DNA of 64,000 nt from assembly GCF_009914755.1 (NCBI RefSeq), contig NC_060926.1. One strand, given 5' to 3'. Position 1 is the stretch's first letter. Every line of letters starts with the position of its first letter. Under the pieces are notes generated by a model. It worked only from the letters and a program-made list of their open reading frames with translations. It ran no database searches and was not told the DNA's origin. Both the position numbers and the translations under genes were made by a program. Shown one piece after another: positions 27,785-44,855 of the stretch. The DNA comes from the human T2T-CHM13v2.0 reference genome, Homo sapiens.

Positions 27785-30700
27785 GTAGCTGTGGGCACCA
27801 GCCTGGGCTCCCCTCCACTGTGTGCAGCTCGTTGCACTCTGACTCCCAGGGCCCTGCTGGGCTCGTGTCCAGATTCTTCACCCCTGGTAGTGCCCATGCC
27901 CTGGCACTGGTGTCTAAGGTGGATGCCGGTGGCAACCGGCCATGTTGACATTGCCTGGTGCCTGGGACGTTAGGAGACTCAGATTCTCGCCCTGGCTCTG
28001 TCAACAACAATTACCCTACTTTGTGTACCCTTGGGCAATCACCTCTTCACCTCCTTTGGCCTCAGTTTACTTGTTTGGAAGATACGGTTGTAATACCTGA
28101 CCTCCCAGGGTTACCATGACCAAGAGTTATCAGCAGAATTGTGTAGCAAGGTTGAGAAAGGTTTACAAAGTATGACCTCTCACTGGCAGGCTGGCTCTGC
28201 TGACTGGCGCTGGCCCCAGAGCAGGTGCTGGATGCTGTAGGAGTCTGCCACTCCTCAGTTATTTGTCGGGCACCTGCTGTGAGTGGCCCAGGGAGCAGGG
28301 GCTGAGACCCAGTGATGAACAGGTCAGAACCAGTTCCTGGAGGAGCTCTTAGCCTTCCAGGGTCAAGGGGTGCTCTGGAGGGGATTTAGGGACATGGGTC
28401 AGTGATGTAGGAATTTTATGAGGGGGCTGTGGACAGCCCAGCTGGGGAAATCGTGCCATTTAACTGGACCCCAAATGTGTTCAATGTTAAAGTCATCCTA
28501 CCCCAAACTTTGTGCTTCAGGCTCCTTCTTCCCTGGATCCCTGGCTGCGGGAGCCCCTCTGCCCAGCCTGCTGTCCGGAATCTTGGATGTTTGATCGTCT
28601 CCCTAGTGCAGCACAAACCAACCTCCAGAGAAAAGTCTAGAAAAGATGCCTGTGGCTCAGTGGGCATTTGGTGCCTGGCATTTGTAGACTATGTGACACA
28701 CTCTATTATAGATAGGGACATTCTCACTATCTTGTGGGGAAACTGAGGCCCAGAGAGGATAACTTGCCCAAATTTACCCAGATACATGGTGGAGCCAGGA
28801 TGAGAACCTCCATGCTCTGACTCTGGCCTTGGAGTGTGAGTCCTCCAAGGCCCTGCAACACACACTCAGTTTCCCCTGTCTCCCCTGGGTCCCAGGAGGA
28901 GTGACTGTGACATCTGTGGAGGGCACACCCTCCTTGACTCTGGCTGGTGGGACTTCTGAGGGGGTTCGCCCACCCAAGATCCTTGGATCCCTTTTCTGTT
29001 GGGTCCACACCATGCCAGGAAACCTGGCAAGATGGTCACTGTGGGTGGTCTTCGTCCTTTGCTCTCTCATCCCCCACTCTGCGCCTCTGGCACAGGCCAG
29101 TCTTGGGGGTGATCTGCATTTGGCATTTGGGTCTTTCGGGTCTCTTAGAAACCCCTTCAGCCATGGACGCCCTGAGCGGAACCCCCTTCCTCGGGCTTCC
29201 TTTCCGGGACTTTCTCCTGAGCCTGGCTCAGGATGGATTGCCCCCTGTCTCCTGCTCTCTCCTCTTTCCAGCATGCCTCCGGCTTCTTGGGGGAACACAG
29301 TCCCGGTGGTCAGAGGTCCTGCAGGGGAGGTAAGGAGACGGGCGCTGCCGGCGCGGGCTGCTTGGTCTCAGGCTGTGCTAGCTCCCGTTCCCCAGTGACT
29401 GCACATGGCCTCCCCTTTGCCTGCCTCCTCTCTGCCTGTCCTCCTCCCTGTCCTGCTGCAGTGACCACGCCTGCTGCCCGGCATGCTGAGGTTTGCCTGA
29501 CCCTGTGTGTGCTTGAGACCATGCACGTGGCCACCAGGGTGTGCATGATGTTGATCTGCCTGGGTTTGGGGGATCCGGTGGGTCTTCCCATGCAGAGGAG
29601 AGGCCACACCCTTCGGGGGCTGAGGACGCTGGTCATTGGTCCTGACTCCGTCTGTGAGCATGAGGGTGGTGGCAGCAGGGGCCACAGAGTTCACAGAATG
29701 CTGATATTTATTCAGCCCCCCTCCATGCCAGGTAGGCCCTCGTTGAGCCCCCTCTGTAACCCTCTGAGCTGGTGTTCCCCTCATTCTATGTCGCGGATGA
29801 GGAGTTAAGGTTGGAAGAAGTGAGGTGACTCATGCGCGGATCTCACAGGAAGTGGCAGAGGCAGGATTTGAACCCAGGCAGCTGGAGCTTGTGATACTGT
29901 TGCTGAGAATCCTAGGATGAAAGGAATCAAGTGATCCAGGCCAAGCCCTCATGTTACAGTTGAGGAGACTGAGGCTGACAAAAAGGAAGCAGCTTACTCA
30001 GGACATCAGTTAGCATGTATTTGAACTGGAGTCCTCCTTCCCAGGCAGCCCCTCGGTCTTGGGCTCCGTTTGATGCTGGGCTGCCTGCAGGAGCCTGACT
30101 GACCCACACTCAGCACTCCTTGGCAGACTATTAGGCCATGGCTTGACTCCATTTTTCACAGGAGTCTGCTCTGTGGTTCTGTTTGGTACTCTCAGGGGGT
30201 GGGCAGTCTGGGTCTCAGGCACATCTGGCTGGAGGAGGAGGACAGGGCCTGTGTGTCACAGGGGAGCCTCAGCTGGTCAGGCTAGGAGGCTCTGTGGGGG
30301 CCCCAGTGTGGAGCGGTTCCAACATGGAGCTGCTGTTCTTTTTAGGGGAGTCAGGAGCAGGCCCTCTGTCTCTTCGCCCCCACCCTCAAAAGACATAAAA
30401 ACATATTCCCCTCACCCTCTTTCCCCATCAGAGCAGAGGGACTTGCACTGTGACCCTGTGAGGCATCACTCACAAAGGCCCTGCCTTCCTCTGAAATGTG
30501 CCTCTGTGTGTTACACCCAAAGATGCTTTCTGATTCCCGGGGAGGCTTTAGACATCAACCCGGGAGCCTGAGTGAAGGGGCAGTTGCAGCAGTCTTGGGT
30601 TTTCCTTAGCCAGAGTGCAGACACATCACATGCGTATTTGTGTATATAAGGTGTGGGGGAGTACATAACCTCCACCTCCTCTGAGGGGAAAAGAGTTATT

Positions 30701-32071
30701 GTCCATGTCACATTTGCTTAGAAACAATAGAAAAACCACATGTTCCCCCACTAAGATAGAAAAATAAGACAACTTCATGGAAAGACCTATTGTTTCCATG
30801 TCCAGGTGGTCTGTGCCCAGCCACCAGCATTCCTGGTCCCCTAACATTTGAGTCACACATGTGCTCAGACTGACCAGGTCCAGCCAGGAGTAGGAGACTG
30901 GATTTTAGGGCCTCTTGGTAGCACCTGGGAGGTGGGCTGGGCCCTGCTGGAGGCTCTGGAAGAAGAATCACCTCTTCCCTGGTCCTGCCTTCAGCTGCTC
31001 CTGGCTGCAGAGAAGTCATCATATTGACCTATTGCTCAGTAATGCCCTGTTCTGTGGTCAGCTGCTCCCAAGTCACCTATGGCCCTGGGCAGAGCCTCCC
31101 CTGCCTGTCAGAATCCCCTGTTTGATTCTTCATTTCCCCAGTACCAATTTCCTGAGCTCCTCTGGTATACCTGATATTTGGTGGCATTCCCAGAAACATG
31201 GGGTACAGACCCATCCCTCTGGAAGCTGAGCCTCTGATGTATGTCTCTGATGTATGTGCATGTAGGGGGATGGGGGGAAGCAGGATGATCACATGTGCAC
31301 CACCCAGGAGCTTGCAGGGGCCCTCCCCAAACTCACTGAATCAGAATCTACACCTTACAACTTTCCCAGGTGATGTACACGCACATTACCGTTGGTGAGA
31401 CACTGCCCTGGAACACTTGTTTAATAAATATTTGTTGACTGATGGTTAACCTTCATCTCTACTCTGTAAATGGGAGGTGGCCATTTTAAGGATGAAGAAG
31501 CTGAGGAAGTTCACGCAGCCTATAAGTAGCATTGGTGGCCAGATGGATGTCTCTAAAGCTTGTGTCCCACCTGTAACAGAGGAGCCCACCAGAGGGTGCT
31601 GGGAGGCAGATTACAGTTGCCTCCAAGATGGGTCAGACAGATGAGGACTTTCTCCTCTCTGGGCCTCCTTCAGCCCTGGCTTGAGTAGGGGCTACAGCCC
31701 TGGTGAAGCCCTGCAGCCATTTTCTTGGCATTTGCTTTCCCAGGGCTGTTTTTGGGTATTTGTGGACGAGTTGTTCAGAAAATTTGCTTTTATATTTCAA
31801 CCTAACATCCATCAACTTGGTCTAGAGTGGAAGCCCACTCCTCTCCTACCCTATTCCCCAGGCCCTGCCATGGCCCCTTTGTAACTTCCGCCAGCCTACG
31901 GACCCCTGACCAAACATGTCAGATCAGGGGAAGACCCTGGAAAGGAAATGTTCCCAGCCGATTCCAGGTGCAGGTGACAGATATATATTCAGATGAAACA
32001 GCTCCATTACCATTCTTGTTTGTTTGGTAAAAAGGGAACATCATCCATTTACTCTGTATTAAAAATAATCA

Positions 32072-32705
<634 letters not shown>

Positions 32706-35700
32706 AAAAATAATCTAGAATGCTTTGGTTTCAAGGCTCTTCTAGGATGGCCTGTCTGCAGTGCTGCCCACTCCCTTGGCAGAACCCTCTGCATTTGACT
32801 CCATGTGCTCATGGCTGTGAGCCCTGTCTTCCACTGAATTCCAAGCCTCTTGAGTACAGGTGGTCATTTCTTTTGTACCCTCAACCAATCTCCCTCTCTC
32901 CTTTCCTGAAGCCCCACCTGTCTGCCTAATGAGGTCTGCTCCTGGTGTCCAACATAATCTGTGAAGTTCTTCCCTTCACTTCTTCTTGGGACATTGTCCT
33001 TGCCTTTTTTCTTCACTCTGCACAAAGCTGTTTCCTTACATTCTCCTCCGACACAGTTCAGTGTGTCCTGTGCTGAGAGCTTCCCTTGGTTGTTCAGCCT
33101 GCAACATCGTCTCCCTCCTCCCAGCTCACTTGGACCTCAGCTCAGTATGCACGTCCATTCTACCCAGTTAGGGGTCAGTATGTTCCTCCACCGAGCGTCT
33201 GACCTCTTGCAGTTGTATCCCCCAAGGCTCCTGGCCCACCTCCCACAGGAGGAAGTAAAATTTGTCAGCAGTTGATTCAGCAAACACCTGCTGGGAATGC
33301 CAAGTTAGGGTCACTTCCTTTGAGGGAGTGGCAGGTGGGTGAGCAAAGCATGCTCCTGGAGGGATGCAGCTAGAGGGGAAGCAGCTGTTTGGAAGACCCC
33401 AGAGTGGCTGGTCTGCTGCTCCTGCCATGGCTCATTGGGGCAGTATGGCAGACTTCCTGCCTGGCCATGGTGTCTCGGCCATATGGCTGTCTCTAGTTCT
33501 GTCCCATGGGAAGCTCTGCCTTGACTCTTGGCCTTTTGGCCACCAGAAAAGGCCATTTGTGAAGAGTCCCCTCTGGGCTGCTGCTTCTGGGCAGCCCACC
33601 CCCTGATGGGAGTGGAACACTTGAGCCTACCTGATAGGTTGAACAGTGCAAGGGCTTGTTTGCCAGGTTTGGGGTCTGTCTGCCTCTACAGCTCCTTAAA
33701 ACTCTGTAGTAATAAGCCTTTGGGCAATTGCCATTGCATCATCTTCATGGGTGAGAACCTAGAGATAAAGATGGTGTTGACTTCAAGTCCATGGATCTAG
33801 ATCCAGGCCTCAAGGGTCTGTCGCTCAGCAGCAGGCCTCAGGGCTCTTCTCAGGCACCCACCCCTGGCTCTCTCGCAGTGCAGTGAGAGCTGCAGCAGGG
33901 GGTCCTTGTGAGGTTTGCATGGGGAGGGATTCAGGCCTTTCCAGCCTTGTCTCCTAATAGAATCTGGTCCCCCTGTCTCCTCTGGCACTGCCTTCAGCAA
34001 GGACAGAGAATTTTCAACTCCATTTATCTGACTTCACTCTCAGCTGTCTTGCATTGTTTTATACAGACAAAGCTTTCTTATTCGGAGAGGCTGCCAGGAG
34101 TGCTGCTTGTAAGGCTTATTTTTATAGGGCTTAGCATGGGCCCCAAGAAGCATCCGGCATAGGCCAGTATCCTGAAGTGTTCCACCACATGCCCAAGGTC
34201 TCACCTCAAGACAAAATAGGCTGCATTCCAGCCGGTAGTGCTGCTGCTGTCTATCTGGAATTCCAGTTTCTTAGCTTGGAGATGGCAAAGTCCTCACTGC
34301 CCCACCTGACCTCAGCCCAGCCAATCCTGTATTTCAGGAATTTTCCCCTCGGACATCATGCCTCTGGGGATCAGTTTCTGCATAACCAGACTTATGGTTA
34401 TAATAACCAATGTACAACTCCAACTAGTTGGAAAGTCACAACAAAAAGGAGGGACTGGATATTTATGGCCCCTTGTACTAGAAAGTTGTTGGAGCAGCAT
34501 GGCATCAGGCATAGCTGAATCCGGGGGCTCAGCTATTGAGGTCTGTTGAGGTCTTCCTCAGCAGCTCCAGGAGTACATGGTTCTTGCAGTATGGCACCCA
34601 CAAACTCAGAAGGAGAGACTGCCTGGGGAAGCTTCTCATGGACCTGGCTTGGTCTCATGCCCACCCTGGAGCCAATTGTGCCCAGCACCTAGGATACTGG
34701 GCTGGTGTCAGGGGTGGGATTTCCCCCACCTGAATCTTGTGGACTGAGATGTGGGAATGGTTCCTCAAAGGAAAACCAGGGTACGGTTATGAAAGTAGGT
34801 AAAAGGCATGGAGGCAGAGCCCCAGAGCGCAGGCAGAAATGATTCACCTCAGGTTACACCAGTAGTTGCAGGGTCAGGCTGTGGACATCGCTCTCTCTGA
34901 CTCCAGCATTCAGGCTTGTTCGATTGAAGCACTCTTGCAGAGGGAGGTGAGATCCAGCTAGTTGTGGGGCCTTCACAGGCGAGCTGGGTGGTGAGCCTGA
35001 ACTTGAGGATGAATCACCTACAGTTGAGGGGAAGAGGTGCCTTCCAGCAAGGGAAGGCCAAAGGGAAGCCCCGGGGGAAACAAGGGGAGGTGGCTTGTTT
35101 GGAGGTGCAGTGTAATCATACTTCTTGGAGCCAAGAGGAGGTGTGTGTGGGATGGATTGGGAATGAGTGTGAGGGCCAGGTGGGCCCCATGAGAGGGCCC
35201 AGAGCGGAGAGCCCACAGTAAGGCTCAGGGTGTCTCTCTTCACTGGGGTTTCTAGATCTTTGGCTGTGGGTCACCACACCCTGAGGTGCACCACAGCCTG
35301 TTCCCCCTCAAATCAGGCTCACCTATGGTTCAGCACTCTGTCTGGGGCAATCTTCTCTAGGGTCTGGAGCTGAGGGGTCTGGGCCCTAGACTAGGATGAA
35401 GCCTTTGTGGATCCAGGGTAACAAATCACCCACTTTTTTGTTGGTCTGAGCTCTGAGGGTTATTCCCTGGCTTTGATTGGCATCCAGGATGTTTCGGGGC
35501 CTGCTCTTTGGACATCTCTAGCTTTAGCCCGTTCAGCCTCCCCAAGCTCCGGTGGGTCTCTTCCATTTCTCTAGCACTAGCTCAGTGTGCTAAGGGCATG
35601 GAGAGTGACTGCCATTTCTCCAGCCATTCATTCTACCTTGAGCCTGGCAGACCTTAGTCATTGGTGCCTAATTTAGGGTTCACTGTGGCTCCATGGATGG

Positions 35701-36372
35701 AGCACAGGCCCCTTGAGAATGGGTCCTGCCCCCAGCGTCAGCCTGGCCGGCTCGCGTTCTCCTTCACCTCACACCCAGCGCCAGGGAGGTCCTGATGCCC
35801 TGACCGTGGTGCACATGAACTGTGCAGTGCAGTGACATGCTAGGTTGTGAAGCTGCTGTGCAAAGTCAAAAGGTGAAATGCCCTCAGCAGCCAGAAGGAT
35901 TATGATCTGCAGATTCTCCTCTCCCCGCCCGTTGAAGATGGGCTTCTTTTTTTACTGTTCTCTTTTGGTCAGTGCAACCCCAAGGTATTCTGCTGTCACC
36001 TGGAATTGTGTGGCTGATTAAAACTTTTTAAAAAGAAAGAACACTACGCTGCTTCCAGGACAGGATATGATAGCATACTTGGTTTTTGTGTTTTTAGCCC
36101 TGGTATGGCGGGAATTCACTGTTGATTTTGGCTTCCCTCTCCAAGGGGTGTGGGCTGTGTGCCTCACATGGACAGGAGCTCAGTCCCTGTGGCACTGCTG
36201 TCTTGGCCCCAGGTGAGAGGCTGGCTTCCAGATGGAGAAGGAGGAGCAGGCTGCTAGGGGATCAGGCCTCATCCAGCCAGAGACCTGGAGCTAGTCGACA
36301 CTGATGCTTTTAGCTGAGGGGTCTTGGAATTAATCCGTTTTCCCTGGATTCATTTTTTTTTTTTTTTTTTGA

Positions 36373-37074
<702 letters not shown>

Positions 37075-37568
37075 TAATGATCATGGCTACACTACGAGCT
37101 AGGCATTATTAGTAACTCTATTTTGTATTTGCGGAAACAGACTTAGCACTCTGTGAACATTTTGAGGTATATCTTTCCAGTCTTTTTTCCCTATAGGATT
37201 ATATATGCTTTTAAAATGTAAGTTCATACAGTCATGTTTTATAATCTGCTTTTTAAAAAAGTATTTCATGAGTCATTTTTCAATACACCTCTATGTCACT
37301 GTAAGTAACTTCATAGCATTTCATTGTAACGTTCTATCCTAATTTTGTGAAGTCCCGTCATTGGACCTGTATGCTAAATCTTTTTTTTTTTTGCCATTAT
37401 AAATAATACTGAAATGGATATCCTTGAAGCTAAATTTTGTATACATCACTTTTTTTTTTTTTTTGGTGGAGATGGGGTCTATGTTGCAAGGGCTGGTCCT
37501 GAACTCCTGGGCTCAAGCAATCCTCCCACCTTACCCTCCCAAAGTGCTGGGATTACAGGTGTGAGTCA

Positions 37569-38610
<1,042 letters not shown>

Positions 38611-39539
38611 TTCTAATTTTAACAGAGTGATCTGTGAGGGTTCTTTCCTACCTGGCCTTTCGGTTTCCCCCCGAGAGCTGAATGAATTGCATTTTTTCGC
38701 TTCTTCCCGTGGCTGCAGGGTACCCAAGTCTGGGATTCATCTTCCGTGGGTGCTGCAGCTGTCCTCGTGCCCTTTGACAGGCTGGGTAGGTGGGAGGGAA
38801 GGGGTTCTGTTGCTGAGGATGTTTTCTGTTTTCTACCTCTGCATCCAGGGCCCAAGGCTCCAGGGTTCCAAGGGTGGGGCTTCTTGGAAGGGCGGCTGCC
38901 TTGGATGTGATGAGTCATTCAGACTGAAGGAGCTGGGACCAGCCTGGTGTTGGGCCTGAGGCTGTGCCAGGATCAGCTTGGCTCCAAATCGAAAGTTCTG
39001 AGTTAATGAAAAAGCAAGTCCTCCTCTTGCAAGGGACCTTTCCTAGAGCTGGGTATTGGCACAGAAAGGCCCTTGCCGGTGGGAATCACAAGGCAGTGCC
39101 TGCCCTGCAGGGCTGTGTTACAACCCTCCGATGCCTCAAGGACTGGGCGCAGGGCAGCCCACCTTCATCCTGGATTGAGCACTGTAGTCTGGCCGTTTGT
39201 GCAGAAGCGCTCACGGGGCAGAAGGTAAAGAAAAGAAACCCAAGCCTGCAGCACCTGGGTGGGCTTCCAGTCAGATGTTTGTGGACAGGAAAATAGACCT
39301 TATCAACCAGGGGACAAATACAAGGTTCCCGGCCCCTTTTTATGGGCAGAACTGGGTGACTGGACTGTGACCTTGCTTAGGAAAAGCCACTGCCAGCTCC
39401 AGAAACTTTTTGGCCCTGTGTATATTGGAAATTGCTTTATAGAGGACCGCCTCCGTGAATGTACCCCTCTACTTTGAACTTTTATTTCTCTGAATCATGA
39501 CAGCTCCCTTCAAAAAGGCATTATCTCCATTATTTTTAG

Positions 39540-40000
39540 ATAAATTTTCATATGGTGACATGTACAAATCTTAACTGTATAATTTCATGAATTAGGCCAG
39601 TGTAAATATCCATGTGACCAGTACCCTAATAAAGATACAGAACATTTCTATCACCACAGAAAGTCCCCTTGGGCTCTTTTCTAATTGGTCTCCACCCCAG
39701 GCAACCTCTGTTTTGTTTTTGTGTTTTTTTTTTTTTTTTAAGAGATAAAGTCTCGCTATGTTGCCCAGGCTGGTCTCGAACTTCTGGGCTCAATTGATCC
39801 CCTGCCTCAGCTCCCACAGTGCTGGGATTACAGACGTGGGCCACCACTCCTGGCCTTATTTTCTATTGATATAGATTAATTTGCTTTTTTGAATAAATGA
39901 AATCATACAGTATGCATTTTTTTTATGTCTGGTTTCTTTTGCACATGTAATTTTTAAGTAATTCATTTGTGTTATGTGTATATAAGAGTTTGTTTTAAAA
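39540..40000 (-). mobile_element. Old L1 (L1ME-like) 3' fragment with an Alu monomer at 39725-39855
   Basis: gatacagaacatttctatcaccacagaaagtccc and aatgaaatcatacagtatgc motifs. Confidence 0.65.
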
Positions 40001-40159
40001 AAAAAATCTGGGCCGGGCACGGTGGCTCACACCTGTAATCCCAGCACTTTGGGAGGCCGAGGCGGGTGGATCACGAGGTCAGGAGATCGAGACTATCCTG
40101 GCTAACATGGCGAAACCCCATCTCTACTAAAAATACAAAAACAAAATTAGCCGAGCTTA

Positions 40160-40341
<182 letters not shown>

Positions 40342-40800
40342 TTACAGGCATGTGCCACCATGCCCAGCTAATTTTTGTATTTTTAGTAGAGACGGGGTTT
40401 CACCATGCTGGCCAGGATGGTCTCAATCTGACCTCGTGATCCGTCCGCCTCGGCCTCCCAAAGTGCTGGGATTACAGGCATGAGCCAGCGTGCCTGGCCC
40501 AGGAAATATTTTTTAAGTAGAGAGGGAGGAACTCCTTTGGGCTGTACACTTGGCTACGTGAATATGCTCATTCATCTATGCATCCGTCTGCATGCTTCCT
40601 AAACCCTAGGCCCTGGCCATCACTGGGGTGCAAAGATCAGTCGGAAATGGGTAGAGAGGATGATGACAATGCAGGAAAAAGGCACATACTTAGGAGATGC
40701 AGCCAGACTGTTCAACTGGTTTAGACACAGGGAGGCTTAACTCTACCTGGCAGGGTTTCAGAGAAGAGGTGGCTTTGCTTTGAGCTTTTTTTTAAATTGA

Positions 40801-40902
<102 letters not shown>

Positions 40903-42712
40903 TGAGTAGCTTGAGTCACAAGTGTGCGCCACCAAGCCCAGCTAATTTTTTCTATTTTGGGGGGGACGGGGTTTCACCATGTTCCCAGGCTGGTCTCAAA
41001 CTCCTAAGGTCAAGCAGTCGCTTGCCTGGGCTTCCCAGTGTGCTGGGATTACAGGTGTGAGCCACTTCGCCTGGCCTGCTTTGAGCTTTCAAGAAGGATG
41101 GGATTTGGGGTTCTTGGAGAAGCATGATGGGGAGGCCCCTGCGGGGAGTGGAAGGAACAAATGCCACACAGGGAAGGTGGAGGCCCACAGACCATTGTTC
41201 CTGAATTCACAGCTTTGCGGTGGCCAGCCCTCTGGAGGCTTGGGGCTGGCAGCTTGAACTAGCCAGTAGCTGGCATCACCCATCCCAGTGCTGGACCCGG
41301 AGGTGTGGCAGGAGGGAGCCCAGCCTCAGCACATCTCTCCGGGGACTACAAGGCAGCTGTGTTGAAACAGATCCACTCCATGTCCCCTGGAATTGGCTGT
41401 GCCCTGCCACCTGCAGTTGGTCTCCTGGGCCAGGCCTCTGAACAGTTCGTAGGTTCGCCCCACCTTCCTGCAAGGTGGATAGGCTGCATGTCTGGGGAGC
41501 AGGGGCTGGCCTAGCTCTGGCAGTGAGCAACGAGGCCTGCCTCCTTGATTCTTTCTCGGTTCCTCTTCCCCCTTTAGTCCTCTGGAATAAGGATCCTCCC
41601 CCTCCTGGTTGTGAGTCATTTGGCAGTCGTTGACACCCAGTGTCCTGGGCACCTGGGTCTTTGTGTTGAGCAAGGACCTTCATGTTCTCTGCCCGCTTTC
41701 CTCCAGGCCAAGGCAACCGAACTTTGGATCTGGTCACACCCCAGCCTGGCAAAGGGACAAGGTCACTGAATCTGTGTGCATGGGAATGTGGCTAAGAAAA
41801 ACAATAATAATTCCTTACCTTATATTTGCAGAGCACTTTGCACTTTGTCAGACATGACCAGGCTTGTGTTTTTTCATCCAGCCAGCAAATGCTTGTCCAG
41901 TACCTACTGTGTGCCAGGTGGTAGAAAAGTAAACACGATTAGGTTGATGTCTTGAAGGAGCCTACAGTCTGGGGAAACATATGAACAAATAAGTATAAGA
42001 AATGGTGAGTCAGGAATATGTATAGACTGGGGCTTAAAGGAGGAATGTTTGGTTATACCAGGGAATATCGGGAAGGGCTTTGTAGAGGAGGTGGCATTTA
42101 GTGGGTCAGAATATGAACAGTAATTTTGGGTAGACCTGGTGGGGTGGATACATTCCAGGCAGGAGGAACAACTTGAGCAAGTCAAGAAGGCATCCTACAA
42201 CCTAGCAGTTGGGAGCAGGAGGTTAGTTGTGGATATGGCAGGTAAGGTGAGGGATGAGGCTGGAGAATTGATACCAGGAGGGCCTGGTGTGGAGCTTCCA
42301 GAAGTTGGACCTTACTCTGTAGCAGTGTGGACCCCTGGAGAGTTTTAGAAGGATCCCCCTGGGGATTAGAGTGAGACTGGAGGCAGGGAGGCCAGTTAGG
42401 CCGATGTAGTCATCCACTCAGGAGATAAAACCTGAAATAAGGTAATAGGAAGAGAGGAAGGGAAGGTTTGAAGTGCTGAGGACTTGGTCATTAGGTGGAT
42501 GTTGGGGCTTATAGGGCAGGAAACAGTTGAGGATTCTTCCATTATACATCTCTTCAGTAAGTTCATCTTGAGCCTCTACTTACTACATGTAAAGTACCTA
42601 AAGTGTACTGTGTGGGCACAAAGATGGGACAGACATTGATTCTTCCCGTTGGGAACCAATAGTTCAGAAGGACAGCACTCTCTAGTCAGGTCTATATTAG
42701 CTGCAAGTGACA

Positions 42713-42802
42713 AAAAAAAAAAGAAAGAAAGACAGGAAGGGACGGAGGTAGGGAGGGAGGGAGGCAGGGAGGGAGGGAGGAAGGAAGGAAGGGAGGAAGA
42801 AG
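42713..42802. repeat. Purine-rich (GAAA/GGAG/GGAA)n tract
   Basis: Read directly. Confidence 0.85.
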
Positions 42803-43729
42803 ACATGGGAGCTATTTAATGGCACTCATACACTGGAAATTTCCAGCAGGTAGAGCTTCAGGCAAAGCTGGATCTAGGTACTCCGTCTCTTTAAGAATCC
42901 ACCCTTCTCTGTCATGTCATGTCTTTTCTCTGCATGGATTTCATTTTTTTCGTGACTAAGAGTTTATTCAATATTTTTCCTGTCTTAAAAAAAAAAAGTA
43001 ACCTGACGCAAATACAGTTGTTTTTCCATACAGCATTAATTTCTAGTAAGGCTAACAATGCTATATCCCTTCTGTGTTTCTTACAGATTGTTTTTATTTT
43101 TTTGAGCTTTTTGTTTTTGGCCTTGAAGCTTTTCTTAAATAAAAATTTTAAATCGCAGTAAAAAAGCCCCATACAACATAAAATTTGCCATCTAAACCAT
43201 TTTTAAATGTACACTTCAGTAGTGTTATTTATGTTCACATTGTGTAGACTTCATTTTAAGGCAGGTTTTCTCTAACATTTCTAAGCTGATGTCTGGTACC
43301 AGCTTAACAACCCCAGTGGAAAGAGCGACAATTCTAAGACTGGTTTTTATTGGCCCAGATTAGGCCATGTGCCCACACTTAGCTGATTGCCATGGCTGTC
43401 ATGATCAGCTGAGATTGCAAGAGAGGTGGTCAAAAGGAGAGCAAGGTGCTATTACTGATAAATGGGAAAGTGGGTGTCCCCTGCAGGCAGAGACCTGAGC
43501 ATGGGTAACTTCTGCAGGGAGGAACTGTTGGGTTCCATGGGAAGTGTGCATGTAAAATGCTGCATAACTCGAGCACCTACTATGTGAGGTGCTGTTCTAG
43601 GGTTGTGGTTGTCCAAAAAGGTTCACATTTGCCCTCGTGGAGCTTTCAGCTAGTTGGAGAGAGAAGAGCTGGCCGGAGATGACCAAAATATAGTGTAGAA
43701 AGTGGTGAGCACCAGGAGGGTGGATGTTT

Positions 43730-44855
43730 TTCTTCTAACAACTGGAAATGTAACCAAGTAACCCCATCTTCAGGCCAGAATTCACTGTGGCCCAGATGGT
43801 ATTGGGTCCAGATAGTATTATGGTAAAACATCCTCTTTTTCCTAGTCATGGGCTCACAACTGTATGCTTTTCAATTAACCAAAATGCACCCCGAGGGGCT
43901 CTTTGAGGGGACAAAGACCTTGTTGCCCATGTCCAATCCTGTTCCCTCTTTAAATCCAAGGCCCAGGAGCAGAATGGAGCCCCTGAAATTAAGGGTTGTG
44001 GAACAGCAAAGTGAAGGGAAGGGGAGAAACTTGTCCTCGCGTTTTATGGAGGAGATAAGAGTATGGACTATCTGGCTGGCTTTTGCAGCACAGCCAGGTT
44101 TTCCAAGAGTGGCATGAGAGAGAGAATGGAAAGAGAGAGGAAAAAGTAGAGTGGCAGAAGAGGAGCTCGAGAGCCTTCCAGCCACCGCATGGTGCAGGGA
44201 AACCCTTGCTACCCTCATTTATCCCCCGTCAGGGAGGGCCTCAGTGCCGAGTGCGGCGGAGGATGGATCCCTCCCACTGCCGCAGGTTGCCGGTTGAGGT
44301 GAACTGTTTCCACCTGGAGGGAGCTAAGGAAAGAAAGAAGCCTGTACACAAAGTCATACATTCACACAAACAAATGGCGTGCTTCCAAACAAAATTCCCA
44401 GTCGAGGGACTGAGTGGAGTTCTGAACCCCCTGCCTCAGCTCCAGATACCTTCACAGGCAGCTGAGTCCCTATAGTGACACAAATGTAAATGCTCAAAAT
44501 GCCCAAATCGTGCCAGTAGCGGCCAAGTCTGCACAGAATGAAGTCCCAGGATACCCAGAAGAGACAGAAAAAAGTCGGGTACAGTCCAACTTGCTCACCC
44601 AGTTTCAAGGTTGCCGGCTTCTTCAGAGGTCACTTTCTTTATACCAGTGAAGCATTGGAGGCAGCAGATGTCGTGCCAGGGGGTGAAAGGGAGGTTTCCC
44701 CAAAACAAGAACGTTTTGGCAGCTGCTGAGAAATCCCCTTAACATTCCTATCCTGGAGTCCAGTAGCCAGGAGCAGCTGGTGCTCCCAGGCAGCCCCCGC
44801 CTTGCCTGGTGGTGAAACCAGGCTGATAGGCTCAATCGTCCAAAGTGTACTGCAG
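43730..44855 (-). mobile_element. ERV internal leader and truncated gag matrix pseudogene
   Basis: From the ATG at 43930: MGNKVFVPSKSPSGCILVN*KAYSCEPMTRKKRMFYHNTIWTQYHLGHSEFWPEDG. Gammaretrovirus-like MA motifs (MG myristoylation start, SPxGCIL, WxQY, WPxxG); the conserved Trp has become TGA. Confidence 0.85.

Noticed and set aside
27785-27948. In-frame read-through of exon 3 into intron 3
   Set aside because: A 54-codon open stretch is unremarkable in GC-rich intron, and I found no convincing poly(A) signal nearby.
28774-29808. Cluster of 130-190 aa overlapping ORFs
   Set aside because: No protein-family features. Only the 58-nt splice-bounded segment has independent support.
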